DNA of 64,000 nucleotides, from contig CAWCNJ010000003.1 of the NCBI GenBank assembly GCA_963796955.1, positions 3,472 through 67,471 of the forward strand, in the 5' to 3' direction. This document shows, in pieces, positions 30,123-42,100 of this stretch (position 1 is its first letter; each line of letters opens with the position of its first letter). This stretch comes from Endomicrobiales bacterium. Lineage in GTDB: Bacteria; Elusimicrobiota; Endomicrobiia; Endomicrobiales; JALOBY01. Made by a program: the position numbers and the translations under genes. The notes under the pieces were generated by a model that ran no database searches, was not told the DNA's origin, and was given only the letters and a program-made list of their open reading frames with translations.

Positions 30123-33100
30123 ATGGCATCCCTTAACCTGCAAAAATCCATCGCCGTCGTAACGCTCGGCGCCTATCTGTTCTCCTTTATCCTGTGCGAG
30201 CCGCTGAAAGCCGCCGGGATCTTATTCGAGAACTGCAGCATTTCCGCCCGGCTTACCAGGGCGCTGGGGAGCGAGCTGCTGCCTCAGGAGTTCGGTAAGA
30301 TAACCGCTTCACGTCTTTTCGGGCGCGATACCCTGGTCGTCTGCATTCAGGACCTGCATTGTAACCCATACGTACAAAAAAATATCTATAATATCATCAG
30401 CCATTTTGCGCGGCGCTACGGCGTCTCGGCGATATTCTCCGAAGGCGCTCCCCAGGGCAGGGTCAATACCCGGCTTATGACCTCTGTGCCCGACGATGGT
30501 ATCCGGGCCGATCTCTTAAGCGGGCTGTTGCGCAACGGCCTGATATCCGGCGCGGAATACTATGCGGTCTCACAGAACAAAGATATCTTATACGGACTTG
30601 AAGATTGGAACGTTTATTCGGAGAATCTTTCAAGGATACATTCCATTATAGAACGGCAGAGCAGGTACCGGGTCCAGGCGGAACAGGTGCACGGCTGGAT
30701 CAGCGCTCTGAAAGAAAAGTACTTGTCCAGGCGGATCCGGGACTACGAAGACCGCGTAATAAGCAGCCGGGAAAACGGCGGACAGGCATTGTATAACGAG
30801 CTTGAGAAGCTGAGCGCCGAAAGCGGTCAGTCCCTGCGCGATTACCCTCACCTTGACAGATATCTGAGGCTGCGGCGGTGTAGAGCCGGCATAAACAGCG
30901 GCAAGATCGCTGAAGAACAGCGGTCATATTTGAATGAATTGGCCCGCCAGGTGCCGTTCTCAGTATATCAAGAACTCACCGGTAAGACTGCCGACGGCAA
31001 CGCATCCGGTGAATATTATTCCGCACTGGCGGAATTGTCAAGGCTCTATGCTCCGTCCATCCATTTGTCAGCGTATCCGAACCTGAGCAGATATCTGGAA
31101 CAGGTGCGGCTGATGGATGCGATAAATCCGGTAGCGCTGCTCTACGAACAAAAAGACTTCCTGCGCAAAGCGCTTGAAAAGAACGCGAACACCCTCAGGG
31201 ACCGCGAAATGTTGTTCCTCTCGGAAATGGATCCCTACCTCAAAGATTTCTATCTTCTTCATATAGACCCGCTGGATTATGAGTTCTTCAAAGCGCACTA
31301 TCCGCAATTCAAGGCGGTAATGAAGAAGTACGTTGCCGATCCCGGATTCGACGAGGTCTTTTCCGACCTCGGTTCCGGCGAGGCTGAGTTGTTCAAATTT
31401 TACGATGTGAACAAAGAGCGTAACAAGATATTCTTTAACGCGGTTAAAGCACAGGCGGGGATAGTAAATGCACCCGTGATCCCTGCGACACCGGAGCAGA
31501 TGGCGGGCTGCGAAAACCTGGGCCGGTTCAAAAACATTTTTATCGTTGTGGTCGGCGGCTTTCACGGTGAGCTGGCCCAGTTGTTCAACAGCGCGGGGAT
31601 CTCCAATATTACGGTAACTCCCTCAGTGGCGGACGGCGGCGGTTCAGGTGTGTATTTTGGCATGCTCGACGGCAGCCTTGATCCGGTGCGGTTTATAAAT
31701 GCGTGTTTCGCACCGGTGTTGCTGGATGTCGGCATGCCGCGGGCTATGGTGGATATCGTGATCTGTAATTGGGCGAGAAAAGCGGAAGAAAAGCAGCTCT
31801 CAACAACAGAGATGCAGGATGATCTGAACGGTTGGCTGCAAGCCAATAACCTGCCCGGTGATGTTTCTATAGCGGCTTCGAGCAGTCCGGGTATCCTCTA
31901 TGTTTCTACCCGTGGAAAAAACTACACCGTTGATATCAAGGGTCTGACCGCAAAAAGATCCGCCAATCAGAGGATGAAAGAGCGGGTTTTCAGCAAATAC
32001 GGGGGGGAAGAAGCCGTAAGAGCTTCGCTTCAGGCGCAGGGCGCCGATGTTGAGGCCTTGCTGGGCACCGGTACGGACTGGGGTTTGGTGTATGGAAAAC
32101 TGGAGCAGTTAAATCAGGCGGGATACACGGAAAAAACCTATGGTGAAGAAGTTGAATCGATCAACCTCGGAGAACTCTGGCGTTCAATAAAAAGCGGTCT
32201 TATCAAAGAAAATAAATTAAATGTACGTTCATCCGCCGCGGTTGTGTTCTATATGGCGTCCGGCCGGTTCGCTCTGCATTTGTTCAGGAGTTTCTATATT
32301 CGCCATCCGGGCAGCGCCCTGCGCTATCACTGGCGCGGCAGGAACAAAGAGGTTTACATTCCAGCGCAGCTGATCTCCAGAGCGGTTGTTGACCAGCTGC
32401 GCGACCAGCAGCGCCTGAAAGCGGGCATGGCGGGAAAACTTCGTATCTTCATACGGCGCTTTTTCGTCGTCGTGCGCCCCTTCCTTGAGATAACACTGAT
32501 CTCGGCGCACCTCAGGTTCCTTAAAGAACGCTCCTCTCTTTTCTTTGTCACGACCATTATTACCGGCAGTATTCTTTCGCTGGTTGCCGCCAACCCGCTG
32601 GTTTGGCTGCCGCTACTGGCGGTGGTGTATGTTTACGCGGTGGTAAAATGGGCGCCGGAAAAAGGCGAAAAGAACGGTCTGCTGAGCGCCCGGGGATGGC
32701 ACCTGGTAAGGATGACGGCTATACCCGCCGTTTTGCTCGGACTTTTTCTCATTTCGCTGTGCGCCGGGACTCCGTTTCTGGGTATGAATCTGCTCGGGCT
32801 GCTGCCGAAAGCCGCGGCACAGATGCAATCAGCGGTCATTCTCGGAACGCTCTATAAAGGATTTGCGGTCCAGGCGATACTCAGCCCGCTGATCACGGTT
32901 TTTGTAAGAAGCTTCGTACGAGCGACCCGTGAGGCCACGTATCGCGCCCTGGGCAGCAGGTCGTTCAATTTACGGTTGGAGAGCTATTATCGCGAGACGG
33001 TCGGGAAAGATGGAAAGATCGTTTCCACAAATTATATTCCTGCCTCGGCGGTCAGCAACGGAGATATCGGCAATAAGAAGCTGGTCAAGGTGCGCGGCTT

Positions 33101-36100
33101 TGTCGGTATAGATCAAAAATTCGTTCCATGGGTATGGGACGGCGCCACGATGATAGCGTATCTGGAGGCGCAGAAGTCGAGGGGGGCCATTTCTCCAGAA
33201 GTACAAAGCGTTATCGCCTCTATTCTGGCGCACGACGGAAAAAAATGGTTCGGGTACCACCGGCTGCTTCGCGCGAACGCTGTCCAAAGAGAGCAGATCA
33301 GCCTCCTAGCGGGGGATGCAATAACAACCCTGCCGCAAAACATATCCGACACCGAGATAGACCTGACGATCAAAGAGGCACGGCTGGCCGCGCGAAGGGA
33401 TGTTTTCGGCAACGCGTATTTCTGGAAGAGGCTTCCCTCGGCGTGGTTCAGTATGTGGTTCGTTAATACCGAAATAGCGGTCGTCTTAAAACAGTTGAAA
33501 CTCTTCGACTGGATCATTTCAAAATGTGTCTCGATCTTCCATAAGAACACCATACATTTTATAGAGCAGCTCGGGCAGCTGGTAGAAGGCGCGAACAGCG
33601 AACATCCGGTCGCGGCGGAAGGCCTGCGTCTGTACGGGCCCGACGACCTGCTTGGCAAATTCGCCGGCTCCGGCGGTTTGCTCGGCTCTTTTGCGAACCT
33701 GGTGACATTCATCAACGGTACGATCAACCGCATTCCGCACGTCGGCGGTGTTTTTTCAGCGTTGAGTGACGTGCCCGCGCTGATAAGCGCCCTGCTGGGA
33801 GTGCGCGGAGCGGCCCAACCTGCGCTTGGGAAAGATGGTGCAACGCAGTTGGGCGCTGAAGCGTTGCCGCTGCATACCGTACAGAAAGCTGTTGAACCGA
33901 ATAAATTCGGACAAGAACCAGGAATACCTGCTGCGATCGATAAAAAATTCCTTCCAGGCGGCAGGGGACCGGTGGTACCGCGAACAAGCGCCGAACCGCC
34001 GCAGACGGGGCACGCGGCTGTGATGCCATCGGACGATACCGGCATGCCGGAGGTAACCGTTCCTCAGAAAAATGAAGGAGCCACCCTGCCCGCGGCTCCG
34101 GCCGGCGAATACAGGTTGGACCGTTATGGCGCATTTGTGACACCGGAATTCGCTGCCTACGCCAATATCGATATGATCAGGCAAAACAGCACGCTGCATT
34201 TGCACTACAATGACAGCCCGGCAAGCGGCCGGAGCGCACTTAACTTAAACGCGCAATATGACCCTGCTTCGAACAGGCGGTTCATACCGTCGGTTTCCGT
34301 TGACCGCCTGACGCAGCCGTATAGTGAATTTCCGACAGCGGAAATGACGATGAGCGAAGGATCTTACACTTCCTACAAGCTCAGTAGCCGGGGCAGCCTG
34401 CTTAACGATAAACTCCTCTACAGCGCCGACCTGTTCACATCCGACAAAGATAAGTATCCCTCTGCCGGTGAAACGGTTGCGACCACGAAAAATAAGTTCC
34501 TGCCTAAAGTCGCGCTCAGGTATAGTGACCCGGAGTCCGGCGCCGATGTGAACGCCGCCGCCTACAATCTTCTCGATACCGGCAAAAAGATCTCAGTTTC
34601 AGGCAGCCGGTCTATCCCGGTCTCCAGCAACCTTACTCTGGCCCCCTGGGCCGATCTTTCCTATTATCCGGACAGAAAGAATACCGCGAAAGACCGGTAC
34701 ACGGGCAATTATGGCCTTGTCTCGCGGCTTTCGGATGTTTCCGCAAGCGCGGCAGTTAAGACCACGCAGAATAGAACGGCGCTTGCTGCCGACGATATCC
34801 GCTATTATAAGATCTTCCGGGAGGGCTGGGGAACCGTAAGCGCCGGCGCCAGGAACATCGCCGCATCGCTGCTTGAGCCCCGCAATGCGGCCGCGCCGCG
34901 CGAGTTTTACGCCGATATACGGAACAGCAAACTCGCCGGCCTGAGTGTCGGTAAAGGTGATGTAAATTTTTCTTATTCTGACACGCCGCAACGGCTTAAG
35001 CTGGATTACGCGCTGTATATGCCCGCGGTTTCAGAAACCTTAAAAGTGGTGAACCTGGGTGCGGATATCAGCAGGAATGCTGCAGCCGACAGTACCGTGT
35101 GGGCCGGCGCCGCCTGGAATAATTTTGGGTTCAGGTATAAACAAAGCCTTGGAACTTTTACTAAACCCGGTAAACTTTCCGCCGCGGGTGAAGTTTTTGT
35201 GCTTCCAGGCAAAAATCTTGCCGTCTCAGCCGGTGCCATGGTGAAGGACGGGGCAGGCGCGCGCCTCACCTCCGGCATCGAGATCAACCGATCTACCCAA
35301 AAGATGGATTATTCCGTTATACTGAACGCGAGTGCCGGCAGCAGCGCCGGTTCACGGCCCGATATGTCCGCTGCATTAGGTTTTGTCCTGCGTTTTGGGA
35401 GCGAAAGGCCGCATTCCTCCGGCGGCGCCGCACCGGTGTGGAACAGCACGCGGGATCAGGCCCGGGAGATGGTCAAGAGCGTTGACAGGACATTGAACAA
35501 CCTGTATAAGACCGCGGACAAAAATGTCGAAAGAACGATCGAAAGCGACAATGATTTTATCGCCGCCTACGGGGACATACGGGAAGCGGCCGGCGCTCAA
35601 AAGAGCACTTTGGAAAATATCATAGCCAAGGCTTCGAACAGTGTCGGCAAAGACTACTTGACGGCGCGGGAATACCTGGATACCCTGCACAAGGCGCTGT
35701 TGTTGAGCCGCGACACCCTTATGGGCGATCTGCTCGGCCTGCCGCCCGATTTTAAATTCGGCGACCCGCGGCCTCATTTTCAGAAATACGAAGGCATTCT
35801 GCTGGCTCTTGCCGGATCTATAAACACAGGATCGGGATATTTTAACTCACTTGAAGCCCAGGGCAGAATGAAGGTGAAGAAAAATACGGTCAGCGAGAAA
35901 GAGTATGCCGAGGATATCATAGAGGCCGCGAACGCGGTTGCCGACACGGTGCGCCGCGAGGAGATATTATCGTTATTGAAGCGCTTTATTAAAAATAAAG
36001 CAGGCTGGGAACATGAATTCCAGAACCTTGATGAAGCCTCCCAGGCAAAGAATGAAGAAGCCGGTATTAAGCCGAAGGTTGAGAAGGAGCGGGGCCGCCT

Positions 36101-39100
36101 GTTCGGTCCGGCGGATATCGACAAAAAAGAAACAGCCGCGTATGGTCAGCTGGCGGCCGATGCCCACCGGGACGCCGACATCAAAGAGCTGCTGGCCGCT
36201 AAAACAGAGATCAAAAAAATATTTGAAGAAAACCCGAAGTTACGCGGCGAACTTGTGCCGCCGGCACAGGGCAGCGAAATGTTCAAGAGCATGTTCGCCC
36301 AGTTCGTGGAACAAAAGCGTTTCAGCGAACAGAGCGCTGTCGAGGTTGAGCGGGCGCAGCTGATACAGGAATTCAACAACACATACCCGGAATGGAAGCT
36401 GGCGTATTATGCACGGCAGCTGGTAACACGCTACCATCTGGCCGTAAAAGACGACGGCGGAGCGGATACCACCGCCGTCTGGGACCGCACGCTGAAGTCC
36501 GTCAAAGACGAATTGGATCTCGGCAGGGCGGTTATGGTTTTCAAATACCGCGTGAGCGACAAGCTCGGCGGCGCGCTCAGGACTTTCGGCGAGTGCCTGG
36601 GTGTGCAGAGAGCGGTCTTCGAAGTTGAGGCGGTGCGCGACGTTAAAGGCAGGGTAACCGAGCTTACCGCATTCTCGGATCAGGGCCGGGCATTGTTCAA
36701 GATAATGAACGACCAGACGACGCCTTCCCTGGAATTGTTTGATTACCGGCTTGCGGCGGCGGACGGCGGCGCAGGCGCGTACCGCTCACGATCGTATGAA
36801 TTCAGGATCGATGACGGCGCGCTCGGCGAGGCGCTCCTTGGGCAGCCGGCGGCCCTGGCGCGCGACTCCATAGGACTTTTGCTCGGAGAAAAAGTGTACG
36901 CGGTAGAGCGCAGGGGCGATTCCTGGCTGCGGCCCATCGATGTACGCGGTGTGAAGTTCCTGCCGGGACACAGACCTGTGCGTTTTGGAGAGGAATACCG
37001 TCGGGATGAGCGTGATAAGGGCTTCGAAGAAGAATTCGTAAGGAACGAGAATCCGGACGGAACGTACACGAAGCATTTTACGAAAGCCGGTTTGACCGAT
37101 CGTGATGAGACCTGCCGGTGGACACTGGAGAGCGAAATGCCCGTCAGAACGGTGTTCGCTTCTTCCGAGTACGGCCTTCCCCTGGAAGAAGTGTTCGAGG
37201 GCCGCAACAATATGAAGAGCCGTGTGTACCTGCGCGATACAGAGACCGGCGTCCGCAAAGACGCGGTTTATGAGAACACCTATGCCTACGATTCAAGGAA
37301 TTACGCCAGGTTCCTGAAAACGAAGCTCAACAAGGTCACCGGTGTCCGTGAGGAATGGAAGGAAACCGGCGATGCCTCTGTGGTCGTGTTCGAAGGCAGG
37401 GTCACGACCGCGAAGGGCTTGGTGCTCAGCACAAAACGGACCACGCAAAAACGAAACAGTCCGGCGCGTATCGAGACCAGCCGGGACATGAACGGGTTAC
37501 GAGATGTTACGATAGTTAATACGCTCACCGGCCGCGAGAAGATCGACCGCTATGATGTGCAGGGAAACAGTATCTACACCGAAACCTCAAGCGCGGGTGA
37601 GAATGCGTATGTCCGCGCCTTCACGCGGACGTACGCCGATAAACAGCCGGCGGAAAGCGGCTTCCTCAATCTGCGCACGAGGGAAGCGAGCCGGGCGTCA
37701 CAGGGCTCAAAACATGCGCCGATCGTAAAGATTTCGCTGGGGAAGGTCGATGCAGATACCATGCGACAGCGCTCTGTCCGCGAAGATGCGCTGGAAGGCA
37801 CGGTCACGGTCGCCAGCATGAACGTCCTTACCGGCGCCGAAAGCTCTGTGACCTATCCGGCCTCTGACAAAACAAGGACCAAACCGCTATACCGCTCCGA
37901 TACAACGGCGCTGGACTACGACACGATGAAAAAAACAACCACGACCGTTAAACACGGCCCGGACGGCGGGATCGAGTGGAAAAAAACAGCTGAAACCAGC
38001 CTTGCGGGCAGCGCGTTGATAAATCTTGGCGGACACGTTGGTAAAAGCGTCCACACGGTGGAAACAAAGCGCGACGGCGACGGCAGAGTACTGGAGATCA
38101 ACGCCGTTTCCGACAAAGGGTTGAAGTTGTTCTCGATCGTCAACAACGATGTCTTACCGGTGATAGAACTGTTCGATCATACCAATACCGCGGGCGGGGA
38201 AACCGCGCATTCGGTGATCTACGAGTTCAGGGATCCGGCTTTGGCTCAGGGCTCGGTTGAAGGGATCACCTATCGCTCTATCGGGAAAATGACCGGGAAG
38301 AAGTCGTACCGTATGGAAAGCCTCAACGGCGCGATGAAGCTGATCGATGCGGGAGGGATCATATTTCTTCCCGGCCACCGGGCTATAGCATACGGTGAGC
38401 CGTACCGGCAGTCCGGTAACGACAGGAATTTTGAGGAGACCTTCACACGTAAGGAAAATGCTGACGGAACATCGACCAAAACCTATTTTAAGGCCGGCCT
38501 TCTCGACAGAACTGAGGTCAGCCTGTGGCGGCAGGACGACGGGCTGCCGCTGCGGACGATCTATACTGCGACCGAGCTCGGGGTGCCGCTGGTAGAGCTC
38601 TTTGAAGGCATGGATGGTCTGACGAGCAAAACATATTTGTTCGACGAAAAAACGGGACGCAGGGCCGAAGATCCGGTGTACGAAAACACCTACACGTGGG
38701 ACTTGAGAACCCATCGGCGCATACTGGAGAAAAGAGCTCATCTGGTCACCGGACTGCGCGAAGAATGGCGGGATGTCAGTCCTGACACAGCCCATATCGT
38801 TTTTGAGAACACCACAACCACGGCTGAAGGGAAGCTGGTAACGAAAAGATCCGCCGCACAGTTGCTGCACAGTTATGACCGCACAGAAACAAAAGAAGAG
38901 CCGAACGGGACAAAGGAGGTAACGGTCCTTAACACCCTGACCGGCGAAAGGAAAACCGATAAATACGATTTTAAGGGCCGTCCATTTTACACCGAGATCG
39001 AACGGTGCGGCGCGAACGCCTCTATGCGTTCATTCGTGAGGACCTACGCCGATAAAAGGCCGACGGAAATAGGCTGGCTTAACCTGCGAAGCAGGGAATC

Positions 39101-42100
39101 GGGGCTGACGGTCTTCGATCATCTGGGCAAACCGTCGCTGGAAACGAGGGTTGGCCCGGTAAACAGTCTTTCTATGAAACAACCATACACGCGAAAAGAT
39201 ACAGGAGAACGTATCAATACCATCGGCGAGACCGAACTGCTGACAGGGGCTGAAACCTCCAGATCATTTTCCGCAGATGATGTTAAAATGAAACTGCCGC
39301 TGTATGCACAAACTGTATCGGCGCTGGATTACGCGACGATGATGAGGACCAGTAAAAAGATCAAGTACCGCGAGGATGATGAAGGCAGACTGCTGGGGCT
39401 TGCGGAGTGGAGCGAGGATGGTTTGATCAACACCCTCTACGGCGCCGGTAATTTCACCAAGCGGTTGGCCGATGGCAGGGTCATGTCCGAGGTGGTGGGG
39501 CTCGATGAACACGACAGGCCCCTGACCGATGCGTCCGGGAACTATTACAGTAAGAGCGATGATAAACTATTGCGGCAAATGGAGACAACGACGTATAACA
39601 GCGACTTTTCGCCCAGAGAAAGCGTTAAGACGACCTACCCTGGAAAATTCATTGAGAAAATGAAGTTCAATGTGCGCGCTCCGAATGGTTCCCTGGAGAA
39701 TCGCACGGAGTCGGTGACGGGGGACGAGGTTGTAGAACAACTGGACCGGTTTTCCGGTTCTACCCGGGTAAAAGAGGTGTATTTCAACGGACAGCGGACT
39801 TCAAGAACCGAATACGGCTTCAAGATCGATACGCACGGCAAACGATATTTTTCCGCGTTCAAGGTAAACGACCTGCTGGACACTGAACAGGAAGATTCCT
39901 CCGGATCACATCGTGCCGGTTACATTCGCCGGAGCACAACCCGGAATAAAGGCACTAAAGAAGTTATATCTGTCGTCAATTCGAACGACGGCCTGTCTTC
40001 CACCGGGTATAACTACGATACGAAGGAACCCGCCGTTATGCAGGCGCTTTACGTTAACGGGCCGGTCGTATCCCGGATCGTTTACGCACCCGCTTCACGC
40101 CTCACGGATCATGTGGGTGAAACGGTAAGCAACGAGATCTACTGGATAAATGACGACGGCAGTGTAACCGTTACTGTGGAATTGCTCAAGTCCAGGACGA
40201 GCCTTACCAGCCGGTATGATTATTACGGCGGTGTGTTGCGGGAATCAATGGAGGAAGGACGCGACGGTTTCGCGCTCTATAAGAAGATCCGGCAAAACGT
40301 CTCGGGCACTGAATATCTGACAGAGCGCTACAACGGAGTTATGGAAAACTCTACCCTGGAGCACCCGGGCGGGGCCGTCGTAAAGGTTTCTGCCAGGGAC
40401 AAAGACGGCACCGCCATTTTCACCATGGCAAACAGCGGCGGAATAGATACGTATAATTATGCTAACGGCGACGTTACCAGGCAGACACTGAAATACCGGG
40501 GCGGCCCGATGGTTAAAACTGCGACAGTAACCCCATCCGGCAGGGAACGGAGCAGGGGGGTGGTGGAATATAATGAAAATGGTAATCGCTGGGAGCTGCG
40601 TCTGGAATATCCGGGATCTAGAAGCAAACACTTTGAAGTTAAAGAGATGGCACGGCGTGATGGGCCTGTTACAAACGATACGGTCCTATCCTCCGACAAA
40701 ACCGTTGTCCTCACCACCGCATATGCCTTTAACGGATCCGACGGGAAAATCCATCGGATATCGCATTACTACGGTGACCAGGTAGCCGGCAACGAAATAA
40801 AAACGGAAGACTATGAGCTTTTGTTCATGAACGGCCAGCCGGCCCAGGGTGTCGGGGCGGCCACGATCACCGAATACCGTTATTCGCCCGGCGATGGAGC
40901 GGTCCCGCCAAGGAATGATGCGGTAACCTATTCAGTCGATATTTCTTATCCGGCAAATAACTATACCGTAAGGGAAGAATCGGTTTTCAGGCTAGAGGGC
41001 GGCAGACGTATGCCCGATCGCGACAGTGTGCGGAAAATGAGACTTATCGCCGGAGAATGGAGGCCGGTATACACCGAAGGAAGATATATGAATTGGCTGC
41101 TGCCGTCTTACGGCACGCTGGTCTCTTCATACGAATATGATGAAACAGGCAGCGGGCTTTTACGGGAAACCTCCAGCGACTTTGTCGATCCTTCCCATGC
41201 GCCGTTCACCCTGAGGAACAAAAACGAAAAATTAGCTGCGTTCTCTTCACTGAACAGTGACGTGCCTGAGCAAAAGAAAATACTAGAAGACGTGGACAGA
41301 GTTCTGGCGGAAATAGCCGGGTTGACAGATAAGGGGAACGGCAACACCGCGGCGACCCGTGTGAGGATACCGCGGGACGATCTGTTCATAGGTCTGGTCT
41401 ACGAGTCTTCATTGGATAAAGACGGCCGTGCGGTTCCCGGAAAATACCTTGGCATGAATCTGTATCTTAACGACGCTTCCGACATGCGCCTGGTCGCGTC
41501 CGAAGAAAAGAACGTGGTCACTACCGAACGCCGGATAAACGTTGTCTATGAGCTGGATGACGGCAAAAAAGCGGTGCATGGCTATACCAGAGGTACTTCA
41601 GGTCTTATCGGCTCTGTTAATATCGGCCTGGATTATCCGGTCTACTTCAAGCTTGAAGGCCCGTCAAAAAACGAGCTCGTGAGACTTAACAGGGCCCCAT
41701 TGTACCAAGGCAAGGATGAGGTAAAAGGTAACGAAGTGGAAGAACTCTACCCGCTGGGCTCACAGGGATTGTCCCTGTTCAAGGCCTATGATCCGGTAAT
41801 GGGAAATATATATGAAACGAAAGATATAGCAACGACTGCCTCGGGCGCGTTCACCTACAAGAAAGGGCCGCTTAAAACCACGATGATCTATCGTTCTGCC
41901 AGAGAAGGAAAGGCCGTTCTGCCGCACTACTACATAGAACCGGTCAGTTCGCTCATGAAGATCCTGCTGATCCTCGCAACGGCTTTTTATTTCCCGTACC
42001 GGTTTATAAAAAATTTGCGTAACCACAAGACCGGTGCTGTGGCGCCGCCTGAACAAGTAAGGGAAACGACCGACGGCAGTAACGGGAACGGGAATGGGAA

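Noticed and set aside
36615-41900. Classical RHS toxin/immunity or T6SS cassette
   Set aside because: No DPxG cleavage motif, toxin tip, immunity ORF, VgrG or PAAR seen
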